Assembly (NCBI GenBank): GCA_031177685.1
Contig: JAPSGI010000012.1
Span: 13,656-77,655, forward strand
Direction of reading: 5' to 3'
Origin: Solirubrobacteraceae bacterium
GTDB lineage: Bacteria; Actinomycetota; Thermoleophilia; Solirubrobacterales; Solirubrobacteraceae
Length of the DNA stretch: 64,000 bases
The notes under the pieces: generated by a model
What the model saw: only the letters and a program-made list of their open reading frames with translations
What the model was told of the DNA's origin: nothing
The model's database searches: none
Shown here: piece after piece, positions 17,868-27,050 of the stretch
Layout of the letters: each line of letters opens with the position of its first letter
Position numbering within the stretch: position 1 is the first letter of the stretch
Translations under genes and position numbers: made by a program

Positions 17868-19799
17868 CTACTGCCTCTGCGCGTCGCGGCCGGGCCCGCC
17901 GAGCAGACGGTCGAAGCCGCCGCCGCCGAAAAGAAAGTCCCGGCTGGAGCCGCCGAGCAGCCGGTCGCGACCCGGCCCGCCGGAAAGCCGATCCCCGCCC
18001 GGCCCGCCCAGCAGGACGTCGCGTCCGAAGCCGCCGAACAGGCGGTCGCGCCCGCGCGCGCCGGACAGCCGGTCGTCGCCCGAGTTCCCGAACACCGTGT
18101 CGTTGCCCAGCTCGCCCGCGATGCGGTCGCGGCCGCTGCCGCCGCTCGCGCGGTCGTTCCCGCTGCCCAGGCACACCCGGTCGCCGCCCCCGCGCGCCGC
18201 GATGCGGTCGTTGCCGCCGCGGGCGAAGATCACGTCCGCGCGGTTGGTGCCCCGGATGACGTCGCGGCCGCGGCTGCCGATGATCGTCGCCGTCCGGCCC
18301 AGGCACCGCGGCGGAGGCGGCGGGGTCACTCCGGGCTGCGGGGCGGGCACGACGACGTCGGCGGTCACGCGGGCGGTCGCGGCGCCGTTGCACAGCGTCG
18401 CCTTGCCGGTATAGATGCGCTGCACCGAGCAGCCCTCGTTGTCGGTGACGGTCAGCGTGACCGTGTACGTGTCGGGACGCGCGTACACGTGGCGCACGAT
18501 CGGCGCCGACTGCGTCTGGGTGCTGCCGTCGCCGAAGTCCCACTCGTACGTGTCGACCGACCCGTCGCCGTCGGTCGCGGTCGTCGCGTCGAGCTCGGTC
18601 ATGAAGCCCGCCGGCTGAGGCTGCGACGTGAAGGCGGCGGTGGGCGCCTGGTTGGGCGTGATGGCGATCGACTCGAGGTCCGGGCTGGTCCCGCCGGTCG
18701 CCCACGGGGAGCCGGGAATCGGCGTCAGCGCGCCGTTGGGCGCCACGTCGAAGCCCGAGACGTTGCTGGAGCCCTGGTTGCTGACGTACAGGCGCCGGCC
18801 GTCGGGCGTCAGCGCGACCATCTTGCCGTTGGTGCCGCCGGTGGCGAAGGGCGAGCCGGGGACCGGGGTCAGCGAGCCGTTGGCGTTGATCCGGTACGCG
18901 TTGACGGTGTTGGTCACGCGCGTGGCGACGTAGAGGTGCTCGCCGTCGGGGGCGATCGCCATGCCCAGCGGATGGTTGCCGGGCGCCACGGCGAACTTCG
19001 AGCCGGGCAGCTCGGTGACCGTGCCGTTCGGGTTGACCGCGTACGCCGAGATGCTGCCGTTGGCGAACCCCGGATCGGCCTCGGGGTTGGACACGTAGAG
19101 GAACTTGCCGTCCGGTGTGATGGCCGAGCCGAACGGGTTGTTGCCGGTGGCGATGCTCTGGATGATCGCCAGCGCGCCGTTCGGAGTGACCTCGTAGACC
19201 GTCATCCGGTCCGGGTTGCCGCCGCCCGGCGAGGTGTTCTCGTTGGGGACGTAGACGTGGTCCCCATCGGGCGACACCGAGCCGCCGAAGGGGTTCGTGT
19301 GCCCGGCCGAGACGGCGAACGGCGACCCCGGCACCTGCGCGAGCGAGCCGTTCGCGGCGATGTTCCACGACCCGACGGTGCTGCCGTGGTTCCACACGAA
19401 CAGCCGCGACCCGTCCGGTGCGGGCGCCACGCCGAGCGGCGTGCTGCCGGCCGGGAAGGGCGATCCGGGGACGGGGCTGAGCGCGCCGCTGGCCGCCACG
19501 CTGTAGCCGCGCACGTCGCTGGTCCCGAAGGCGGCGAGGTAGAGGTGACGTGCGTCCGGGGTGATGCCCAGTCCCTCGATCACGGTGCCTCCGGTCGCGA
19601 ACGGCGAGCCGGCGATCGGCGTCAGCGAGCCGTCGCTGCCGATGGTCAGCGCGGAGATGTTCTGCGTGCCGCCCAGCCCGTTGCTGACGTACGCGACCCG
19701 CGCGGCGGCGGCCTGGGAGGCCGCGAGCAGCGCGACGAGCAGCGCGACGGGCAACGGCGACCACCGGCGAGCTCGGCGAGGCGCCTTTCGCATCAGCAT
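17868..19799 (-). CDS. Secreted lactonase-type 7-bladed beta-propeller + PKD domain + RTX-like GGxGxD repeat protein
   Basis: Start taken at ATG 19799 (MLMRKAPRRARRWSPLPVALLVALLAASQAAAA) inside ORF 17868..20015. Repeated ...DG..LYV.N......G..V...G.L.P..GSPF blades. PKD signature YEWDFGDGST...YTVTLTVTDNEGC. C-terminal GGNDRIAARGGGDRV...GGPGGDRLSGGPGRDRLLGG. Confidence 0.85.
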   Translation of the reverse strand: MLMRKAPRRARRWSPLPVALLVALLAASQAAAARVAYVSNGLGGTQNISALTIGSDGSLTPIAGSPFATGGTVIEGLGITPDARHLYLAAFGTSDVRGYSVAASGALSPVPGSPFPAGSTPLGVAPAPDGSRLFVWNHGSTVGSWNIAANGSLAQVPGSPFAVSAGHTNPFGGSVSPDGDHVYVPNENTSPGGGNPDRMTVYEVTPNGALAIIQSIATGNNPFGSAITPDGKFLYVSNPEADPGFANGSISAYAVNPNGTVTELPGSKFAVAPGNHPLGMAIAPDGEHLYVATRVTNTVNAYRINANGSLTPVPGSPFATGGTNGKMVALTPDGRRLYVSNQGSSNVSGFDVAPNGALTPIPGSPWATGGTSPDLESIAITPNQAPTAAFTSQPQPAGFMTELDATTATDGDGSVDTYEWDFGDGSTQTQSAPIVRHVYARPDTYTVTLTVTDNEGCSVQRIYTGKATLCNGAATARVTADVVVPAPQPGVTPPPPPRCLGRTATIIGSRGRDVIRGTNRADVIFARGGNDRIAARGGGDRVCLGSGNDRASGGSGRDRIAGELGNDTVFGNSGDDRLSGARGRDRLFGGFGRDVLLGGPGGDRLSGGPGRDRLLGGSSRDFLFGGGGFDRLLGGPGRDAQRQ

Positions 19800-19938
19800 C
19801 GTCGCGACCGTACTGCTTGCGGCGCGTGCGTGCAAACACTGGCCATCCCGGCGGCCGGGATATGCCACCTGGCAGATGTAGCGCGCCCTGAAACGGTGCA
19901 TCGTTCCCCTCGCACAGTCCACGACTCGGGAGGCAACG

Positions 19939-20586
19939 ATGATCGAGAGTCCCACGCCCGTGATGGCCGCGACGAGCATCCGCAAGGTGACGGCCGCCGA
20001 CACGCCGCAGGTCACGGACGCGCTCGCGGGCGCCTTCTACGACGACCCCGTCGCCGCCCACTGCCTGGCCGATCCGGCGCGGCGGTCCCGCCGCCTGCAG
20101 CGCGGATTCACGATCTTCCTGGAACGCCACTACCTCGCCCACGACGAGTGCTTCACCACGACCGAGCGCAGCGGCGCCGCGATCTGGGCCCCGCCCGGCG
20201 AGTGGAAGCTCGGCGGCGCGGCGCAGCTGCGGATGCTGCCCGCGATGGCGCGCTGCTACGGCCGGGAGACGCTGCGGGTCGTGCGCCTGTTCGACTACAT
20301 CGAGGACCGCCATCCCGCGGAGCCGCACTTCTACCTGGCCTTCCTCGGCGTCGAGCCGGCGTCGCAGGGGCGGGGGATCGGCTCGGCGCTGCTGCGCCCG
20401 GTGCTGGAGCGTTGCGACCGCGAAGGCATCCCCGCCTACCTGGAGGCCAGCAGCCCGCGCAACCGGGCCCTGTACGAGCGCCACGGCTTCGCGGTCGTCG
20501 AGGAGATCGCGCTGCCCGGGGACGGCCCGCCGATGTGGCGGATGTGGCGCGAGCCGGCGGATGCGGACCGGGGCGCCGGATCGTGA
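19939..20586 (+). CDS. GNAT family N-acetyltransferase (paralog of 37962..38561)
   Basis: HFYLAFLGVEPASQGRGIGSALLRPVLERCDREGIPAYLEASSPRNRALYERHGF (acetyl-CoA binding Q/RxxGxG). GGGAGG upstream. Confidence 0.85.
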   Translation: MIESPTPVMAATSIRKVTAADTPQVTDALAGAFYDDPVAAHCLADPARRSRRLQRGFTIFLERHYLAHDECFTTTERSGAAIWAPPGEWKLGGAAQLRMLPAMARCYGRETLRVVRLFDYIEDRHPAEPHFYLAFLGVEPASQGRGIGSALLRPVLERCDREGIPAYLEASSPRNRALYERHGFAVVEEIALPGDGPPMWRMWREPADADRGAGS

Positions 20587-20597
20587 GAGCATTGCTC

Positions 20598-23500
20598 ATG
20601 GCCCACACGACGCCGGAAGTCGGGGCGCTCGCCTTGCCGGCCGGGACGGTCACGTTCCTGCTGACCGACGTCGAGGGCTCCACGCGCCTGTGGGAGGCCG
20701 CGCCGGAAGAGATGTCCGCGGCAGTCGCGCGCCACTACGAGCTGCTCGACGCGGCGGTCGCGCTGCACGGCGGCGTGCGCCCGGTGGAGCAGGGCGAGGG
20801 CGACAGCGTCGTGGCCGCCTTCGCGCGCGCCGGCGACGCGCTGGCCGCGGGGCTGGACGCGCAGCGCGCGCTGCTCGCCGAGCCCTGGCCGCAGGGTGCG
20901 CCGCTGCGCGTGCGGATGGCGCTGCACACCGGCGACGCGCGGCTGCGCGACGAGGGCAACTACTTCGGCACCGCGGTCAACCGCTGCGCGCGCCTGCGCG
21001 GGATCGCACACGGCGGCCAGGTGCTGCTCTCCCGCGCCACGCACGACCTGGTGCAGGACGCCCTGCCCGACGATGCCGAGCTGGTCGACCTCGGCGCCCA
21101 CCGGCTGCGCGACCTCGGCCGGCCGGAGCAGGTCTTCGCGCTCGTCCATCCCGACGTCCCCCCGATCCGCGCGCCCCTGCGCTCGCTGGACACGCTGCCC
21201 AACAACCTGCCGGTGGAGCCCTCGAGCTTCGTGGGCCGCGACCGGGAGCTGGCCCAGATCGCCGAGGCGCTGAGGACGGCGCGCGCGCTTACCCTCACTG
21301 GGGCCGGCGGTTGCGGCAAGACGCGGCTGGCCCTGCAGGCGGCGGCCGACACGCTCGACCGGTTTTCCGGCGGCGCGTGGTGGGTGGCGCTCGCGCCCCT
21401 GGCCGACGCCGCGCTGCTGGCCGACGCGGTGGCCACCGCGGTCGGGGTGCGCCCGCTGCCCGGCCAGACCGCCGCCGACGCGGTCGTCGCCCACCTCGCG
21501 GCGCGCCGCGCGCTGCTCGTGCTGGACAACTGCGAGCACCTGCTCGCCGCGTGTGCCGAGCTGACCGACGCGCTGCTGCGTGGCTGCCCCGACGTGACCG
21601 TGCTGGCCACCAGCCGCGAGCCACTCGGCCTTCCGGGGGAGACGAGCTGGCGCGTGCCCTCGCTGTCGCTGCCGCGCGCGCCGGCGGGCGAGACGATCCA
21701 GTCGCTCGCCCAGTCCGACGCGGTCCGCCTGTTCGTGGAGCGCGCCGTGCAGGTGCGCCCGAACTTCGCGGTGACCAACGAGACCGCGCCGGCGGTGGCG
21801 CAGATCTGTCACGACCTCGACGGGATCCCGCTCGCCATCGAGCTGGCCGCGGCGCGCGTGCGGATGCTCGCGCCCGAGCAGATCGCCGCCGGGCTGGCCG
21901 ACCGATTCCGGCTGCTCACCGGCGGCGCGCGGACCGCGTTGCCCCGCCAGCAGACGCTGCGCGCCTCGGTCGATTGGAGCCACGAGCTGCTCGACGACGC
22001 CGAGCGCATCCTGTTCCGGCGGCTCGGAGTCTTCGCCGGGGGCTTCACGCTCGACGCGTGCGAGGAGGTGTGCGCGGACGACGACCTCGATCGCTACGCG
22101 GTGCTCGACCTCCTGACGTCGCTGGTGGACAAGTCGCTCGTGCTGGTGGAGGAGCACGGGCCGTTCACCCGCTACCGCCTGCTGGAGACCGTGCGCCACT
22201 ACGCGCTCGATCGGCTGCTGGAGGCCGGTGAGACCGGCGCCCTGCGCGACCGCCACCGCGACGCCTTCGTGGCGCTGGCCGAGCGCGTCGAGCCCGACCT
22301 GCTGACCGAGCGCGAGCCCGAGACCCTCGCGCTGCTCGACGCCGAGTCCGCGAACGTCCACGCCGCGATCGAGTGGGCCGCGCAGTCGGACCCGGACCTG
22401 GGGCTGCGGCTGTGCAGCGCCCTCGCGTTGTGGTGGCGGCTGCGCGGTCTGTTCCTGGCGGGCGACGCGGCGGTGAAGCGCGCGCTGGACGCCGCGCCGG
22501 AGGGGACCTCCGTCCTGCGCGCGCGAGCCCTGTGGGGGAGGGCGTACATCAACGTGTGGGCGGGCAACACCGAGGTGGTGGAGGAGTGCACGCGGGACGC
22601 GCTGGCCATCGGCGAGGCGCTGGACGACGAATGGGTCCAGGGCCGCGCCCTGCATCCTCTGTCGATCGTCTTGGTGCTCTCCGACCCCGGCGGGGCGGAG
22701 CGAATCGGCACGCGCTCCCGCGACCTGGCGCGGGCCGCCGGGGACGACTTCGTCGTCGCCGACACGAGCCAGACCATCGGCTACGCGCACTGGATGCGCG
22801 ACGACTACGAGGCGTCGCGCCGCGAGCAGGCCGCGGCCTACGAGGCCGCCCAGCGTCTGGGCAACCGCGAGATCATCGCCTTCTACTGGTTCGCCGAGGC
22901 CACCACGCCGTGGGGATCGGCCGACTTCGAGCGCCGCCGCCAGCAGCTCGAGCGCGGGCTCGCCGCGACTTCCGAGATCGGCGACGTCGCGAGCGCCGGC
23001 TTCGGCGAGGGCTTCATGGCGCACCTCGAGACGCTCACCGGCGACCCGTCCGCGGCCCTGGAGCGGCTCGAGCGCTGCCACGCCCGGCTCCTCGCGGCGG
23101 GTTCGGCGATGCCACTCTCCAGCGTGGAGACGTGGATGGCAGTGGCGCAGACCGCGCTCGGCCGGCTCGACGAGGCGCGCGCCACGTTCGTCGACCTGGT
23201 CGAGCGCGAGGCCGACGGGTTCGCCTGGATGCTGGCCTGGGTCCACACCTGGCTGGCCGGGGTGGAGCGCCTGCGCGGCGACGGTGCGGCCGCCGTCGCG
23301 CAGGCGCGGGAGGCAGGGAAGGTGTCCGAGCGCGTCGGCAGCGCCGTCCTGCTCGCGGGCGCCCGGCGCGAGCTGGCCCGCTGCGCGGCAACGAACGGCG
23401 ACTGGGGCGAGGCCGACCGGCTGCTGCACGAGGCCCTGGGCGCGTACGTGGAGGGCGAGCACCCGATCTTCGTGCCCGACGCGCTGGAGGCGTTGGGCGA

Positions 23501-23960
23501 GGTGGCCGCCGGGCTGGAGAGCCACGCGGAGGCGGCGCGGCTGCTCGCGGCGGGGCGGCGCGCCCGCAGCGACCTCGGCGTCGCCCGCTGGCTGCCCGAG
23601 CAGGCGCACTGGGACGCGCTCGCGCAGCGGCTGCGCGAGGACCTGGGCGAGGAGGCCTACGCGGCCGCCGAGGCCGAGGGCCTCGGCATGGCGATGGACG
23701 AAGCCGTGGCCTTCGTGCGCCGCGCCCGCGGCTCGCGCAAGCGTCCGGCCGGCGGCTGGGAGTCGCTGACGCCGACCGAGCTGGACGTGGTTCGCCACGC
23801 CGCAGAGGGGCTGACCAATCCGGAGATCGGCGAGCGCATGTTCATCTCGCGCGGGACCGTGAAGGTCCACCTTTCCCACGTCTACGCCAAGCTGGGCGTG
23901 CGCAACCGCTCCGAGCTCGCCGCCGAGGTGGCCCGCCGGGAGGGCGCGGGCGCGCGGTAG
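20598..23960 (+). CDS. Class III adenylate/guanylate cyclase - NB-ARC/STAND ATPase - TPR - LuxR HTH four-domain regulator
   Basis: Real start is ATG 20598, inside the 2152-aa track ORF 17502..23960. VTFLLTDVEGSTRLWE...GEGDSVVAAFA...MALHTGDA...YFGTAVNRCARL (cyclase); GAGGCGKTRLA Walker A with LVLDNCEHLL; helical repeats; LTPTELDVVRHAAEGLTNPEIGERMFISRGTVKVHLSHVYAKL. Confidence 0.9.
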   Translation: MAHTTPEVGALALPAGTVTFLLTDVEGSTRLWEAAPEEMSAAVARHYELLDAAVALHGGVRPVEQGEGDSVVAAFARAGDALAAGLDAQRALLAEPWPQGAPLRVRMALHTGDARLRDEGNYFGTAVNRCARLRGIAHGGQVLLSRATHDLVQDALPDDAELVDLGAHRLRDLGRPEQVFALVHPDVPPIRAPLRSLDTLPNNLPVEPSSFVGRDRELAQIAEALRTARALTLTGAGGCGKTRLALQAAADTLDRFSGGAWWVALAPLADAALLADAVATAVGVRPLPGQTAADAVVAHLAARRALLVLDNCEHLLAACAELTDALLRGCPDVTVLATSREPLGLPGETSWRVPSLSLPRAPAGETIQSLAQSDAVRLFVERAVQVRPNFAVTNETAPAVAQICHDLDGIPLAIELAAARVRMLAPEQIAAGLADRFRLLTGGARTALPRQQTLRASVDWSHELLDDAERILFRRLGVFAGGFTLDACEEVCADDDLDRYAVLDLLTSLVDKSLVLVEEHGPFTRYRLLETVRHYALDRLLEAGETGALRDRHRDAFVALAERVEPDLLTEREPETLALLDAESANVHAAIEWAAQSDPDLGLRLCSALALWWRLRGLFLAGDAAVKRALDAAPEGTSVLRARALWGRAYINVWAGNTEVVEECTRDALAIGEALDDEWVQGRALHPLSIVLVLSDPGGAERIGTRSRDLARAAGDDFVVADTSQTIGYAHWMRDDYEASRREQAAAYEAAQRLGNREIIAFYWFAEATTPWGSADFERRRQQLERGLAATSEIGDVASAGFGEGFMAHLETLTGDPSAALERLERCHARLLAAGSAMPLSSVETWMAVAQTALGRLDEARATFVDLVEREADGFAWMLAWVHTWLAGVERLRGDGAAAVAQAREAGKVSERVGSAVLLAGARRELARCAATNGDWGEADRLLHEALGAYVEGEHPIFVPDALEALGEVAAGLESHAEAARLLAAGRRARSDLGVARWLPEQAHWDALAQRLREDLGEEAYAAAEAEGLGMAMDEAVAFVRRARGSRKRPAGGWESLTPTELDVVRHAAEGLTNPEIGERMFISRGTVKVHLSHVYAKLGVRNRSELAAEVARREGAGAR

Positions 23961-23970
23961 GCTCGTTCCC

Positions 23971-24759
23971 GTGCCCGAGGTGCGGGTCAACGGGATCCGG
24001 CTGTACTACGAGGAGCAGGGCGGCGGGGCGCCGATCCTCTGCGTCCACGGGGCGGGAGGTTCGGCGCTGGGGTGGGCCGGCGCGGTGCCGCAGCTGGCGC
24101 GGTTGGGCCGCGTGATCGCCTACGACCGGCGCGGCTGCGGGCGCAGCGAGCGCCCGGAGCCCTACGTGAGCACGACCGTCGGCGAGCAGGCGGACGACGC
24201 GGCGGCGTTGCTGGACGCGCTCGCGGCCGCACCCGCGGTCGTGATCGCGCGCAGCTACGGTGGCTGGGTGGCGACCGAGCTGGCCCTGCGCCGTCCCGAT
24301 CGCGTGCGCGCGCTCGTGCTGCTCGAGCCCGACGCGCCCGGGCTAGCGCGGGAGGCCGACGCGTGGCTGGTCGCGTTTCGCGAGCGGATGGAAGCCGTGG
24401 CGGCGCGCGACGGCGTCGATGCCCTGGGCGAGGCGCTGATCACGGAGGTGGCGGGTGCGGATACTTGGCGCTCGTTTCCCGAGGAGGTGCGGCGGACGCT
24501 CACCGGCAACGGGCCGGCGATCCTGGCGGAGCTGCGCTACGACGGCCCGCCCGCCGACGTCGCGGCGCTCGCCACGATCGAGCAGCCGGTCCTCGTGCTG
24601 ACGGCGGCCGACTCGCCGCCCGAGTTCCACGGTCCGCCGCGGGCGCTGGCCCGGGCGCTGCCCGACGCGCGCAGCGTGGCCGTCGAGGGCGGCCACCTCA
24701 TCGACCCGGCGGCGCCCGAGGTGCTGGGCTTCGTCGACGAGGTGCTCGCGCGCGCCTAG
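23971..24759 (+). CDS. Alpha/beta hydrolase
   Basis: GTG start. VNGIRLYYEEQGGGAPILCVHGAGGS, YDRRGCGRSE, nucleophile elbow ARSYGG. Confidence 0.9.
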   Translation: MPEVRVNGIRLYYEEQGGGAPILCVHGAGGSALGWAGAVPQLARLGRVIAYDRRGCGRSERPEPYVSTTVGEQADDAAALLDALAAAPAVVIARSYGGWVATELALRRPDRVRALVLLEPDAPGLAREADAWLVAFRERMEAVAARDGVDALGEALITEVAGADTWRSFPEEVRRTLTGNGPAILAELRYDGPPADVAALATIEQPVLVLTAADSPPEFHGPPRALARALPDARSVAVEGGHLIDPAAPEVLGFVDEVLARA

Positions 24760-26777
24760 CGCGCCGGCCAGGGCCGGCCCAGCGGCACGATCAGGTTGCG
24801 GTCGTCGCGCTCGCCGCGCGCACCGCCGAAGCGCCCGCCCTGGTAGTCGTTGTAGGCCAGCTCGCGGGCGATGCCGGCCAGGCGCACGACCTGCTCGCCG
24901 GCGTTGCCGCAGCCGCCCGCGGGACGGCGGCCGGGGCACAGCGCCGGCGCCCCGCCGGGGTTGGCGGGCCCGGTGTGGTCGACGATCGTCAGCACCAGCG
25001 ACATCTGCCCGCCGTCCGAGACCAGTTCGAGCAGGCGCGCCTGCTGGGGCCAGTCCAGGTGGGCGGCCGTGGAGACCTCCCAGAAGTCGCCCGGACCGGC
25101 CTGCTCGAACGAGCAGTCGTGGTGCTCCACGTAGTTCTGGTGCTCGTGCCCGCTGACGTGCGCGAGCACGTTGGGGTGCTCGCAGTACAGCTCCTCCAGC
25201 GAGCGCCCCACGGACACGTTCTGGGGATTGAGCGGGTTCTCGCGGTCGCCGCGGCGGCCGTAGTGGATCGGCTGCTCGGTGACGTCCGTGGTGGGCTGGC
25301 GGGTCGTGCGCAGCGTGTGGTGGGAGAACGTGAGCACGTACTCGCCGGCGGAGGCCGCGGCGGACAGCTCGTCCTCCAGCCAGCGGAACTGCACGTCGTC
25401 GACCGAGCCCTCGAAGCAGAACTGCGAGCCGCACTCGTCGGTCACGGTGTCGAGGACCACGAAGCGCAGGCCGGGCCGGGGCTTGAACGAGTAATAGCCG
25501 TCGTGGTTGACCCGCGCCTGCGGCGGGCGGTTGGCGAAGCCGTGGCCCACGGGCGTGCCCGTGGTGGCGAAGTGCTGGTCGATGAAGCTCGTGGCCGCGC
25601 ACGGCCCCGGACCCCCCGCGACCGGCTCGTCCTTGGCCAGATGGCAGCGCCGCGCGTCCGGCGGGACGACCACGGCGTTGCCCTGTTCGACCTGCTCCTC
25701 CATCGCGTGCTCGAAGTCGGCGACCAGCGCGTCCATCGCGGGCGATCCCGCGCCCAGCCCGCCCGCGGACAGGACGCGCGCGTGCTGCGCGTAGTCGTCG
25801 ACCACCGCCTGGGCCTGCGCGTTCGAGGGCTTCACGCAGCCCGTGGCGATCGAGTGCATGATCGGGTTGACGCTCTCCTGCGCGGGCGGAGCGGGGTTCG
25901 TGGGGCCGCCCGGGCCGAAGTACGCGTCGGGGGAGTTGCCCTGCACCAGCGCGTCGTGGTTGCCGAAGGCCGAGTACCACGGCATGTCCACGCCCGTCGC
26001 CTCGAACGGCGTGTTGGCGGCCTCGAAGAGCTGCGGGAAGTCGCGCACGGTCACCGCGCGGCCCGTCTCCGCGAAGTTGACCGCGCGGTCGGGCGTGTAG
26101 CCGTCCCCGTCCGTCTCGGACTCGTCGGGCTCGTAGTAGCCGTCGTCCGGCTGCCCCGGCCGGCCGCCGTCGCGCACGCCGTCGTAGACGCTCCCCGGCG
26201 TGGCCTCGCAGCCGGGGACCGGCACGCCGGAGTTCGGGTCCACCCTCCGGCGGCCGTCGAGCACGTCGATGAACCAGCGGGTCTCGTTGAGCTGCTGGGA
26301 GTCGGCGTTGTCCCCGGTCAGGATGCTCAGCGCCGGGCGCTCGCCGGTCACCGGCGACACCGACTCGCGCACCTGCCGCGCCATCGCCTCCGTCACCTGG
26401 GTGGTGAGCGACTCCTGCGGGCGGTACGCGGCGGAGAACGGGTTGAACGGCCCGCGCTGCGAGCTGTCGAAGAACTCCACGCGCGCGGGGGACTCCTCGT
26501 CCACCATCTGGAAGTCCGTCAGGTGGACGAAGTGCAGGATGGAGTGGGGGTTGGCCAGGCGCGGTCGCGTCCCCTCGCGCGGAGCGCACTCGTCCTCGTC
26601 GTCGCCGCTTCCGGGGGCGACGTAGTCCTCCCCCGGCGCCGGCTCCAGGCGGTCGTCGCCGTCGCAGTCGAGCATCGTGCGCTGCAGCGTCGTGAACGGG
26701 GCCGCGGCGGCCGGCGCGGCGAAGACCAGGGCCAGGCCGGCCACGACCACCACGATCCATCTTCCCCCCGCGATCAC
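24756..26777 (-). CDS. Secreted calcineurin-like metallophosphoesterase (large actinobacterial type)
   Basis: Signal peptide MIAGGRWIVVVVAGLALVFAAPAAAA. Metallophosphoesterase motifs HLTDFQ, TGDNAD, GNHD, FSHH, GHEHQN. The stop shares CTAG 24756-24759 with the convergent hydrolase gene. Confidence 0.85.
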   Translation of the reverse strand: MIAGGRWIVVVVAGLALVFAAPAAAAPFTTLQRTMLDCDGDDRLEPAPGEDYVAPGSGDDEDECAPREGTRPRLANPHSILHFVHLTDFQMVDEESPARVEFFDSSQRGPFNPFSAAYRPQESLTTQVTEAMARQVRESVSPVTGERPALSILTGDNADSQQLNETRWFIDVLDGRRRVDPNSGVPVPGCEATPGSVYDGVRDGGRPGQPDDGYYEPDESETDGDGYTPDRAVNFAETGRAVTVRDFPQLFEAANTPFEATGVDMPWYSAFGNHDALVQGNSPDAYFGPGGPTNPAPPAQESVNPIMHSIATGCVKPSNAQAQAVVDDYAQHARVLSAGGLGAGSPAMDALVADFEHAMEEQVEQGNAVVVPPDARRCHLAKDEPVAGGPGPCAATSFIDQHFATTGTPVGHGFANRPPQARVNHDGYYSFKPRPGLRFVVLDTVTDECGSQFCFEGSVDDVQFRWLEDELSAAASAGEYVLTFSHHTLRTTRQPTTDVTEQPIHYGRRGDRENPLNPQNVSVGRSLEELYCEHPNVLAHVSGHEHQNYVEHHDCSFEQAGPGDFWEVSTAAHLDWPQQARLLELVSDGGQMSLVLTIVDHTGPANPGGAPALCPGRRPAGGCGNAGEQVVRLAGIARELAYNDYQGGRFGGARGERDDRNLIVPLGRPWPAR

Positions 26778-26885
26778 GGCTTCCCTCCTACCCCGTCCTC
26801 GGGGGCCTCAAGCGAGGCGCTGCTGCGAGACGCCCGGCGGGCTCCTCGGTCGCCATGGAGTAACCCCCCCAATTGGAGGGTTCCG

Positions 26886-26901
26886 TTTCACCCGGGTGAA
26901 A
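26886..26901. promoter_or_regulatory. 16-bp perfect palindrome TTTCACCCGGGTGAAA with a third GGTGAAAG half-site 19 nt downstream; candidate operator
   Basis: Read directly from the sequence. Lies in the 273-bp AT-richer divergent region between the metallophosphoesterase and DUF11 genes. Function is inferred from position. Confidence 0.4.
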
Positions 26902-27050
26902 AGCCCCGCAAGACCTTCCGGTGAAAGTGACTCCGATGTAGCGTCGCGAACAGGCTGCGGCGCCACGCCTGCAGGCGGCACCGTCACGGCCCCGGCGCGG
27001 TCGCGTCGCGATGAACCATGGATCGGCACGCGAGAACGGGAGGCATTCAC

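Noticed and set aside
17868-18300. Tandem repetition in the RTX region, and PKD/propeller repeats elsewhere, as CRISPR or DNA-level tandem repeats
   Set aside because: The repeats are protein-level (nonapeptide GGxGxD, blades) with degenerate DNA and lie inside an open reading frame. There is no repeat-spacer architecture anywhere in the window.
19863-19880. TGGCA-containing sequence as a sigma-54 (-24/-12) promoter
   Set aside because: Spacing and the -12 element (TTGCW) do not fit, and Actinomycetota generally lack RpoN.
17502-20597. N-terminal 1032 codons of the 2152-aa ORF 17502..23960
   Set aside because: This part runs antisense to the two propeller genes and out of frame through the GNAT gene and has no protein-like features. 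The real gene starts at ATG 20598, where the cyclase domain begins.
24072-26924. 950-aa plus-strand ORF and the 805-aa ORF 24343..26760 minus
   Set aside because: Both overlap the metallophosphoesterase gene (24756..26777 -), which alone shows catalytic motifs and a signal peptide. The others are compositional shadows.
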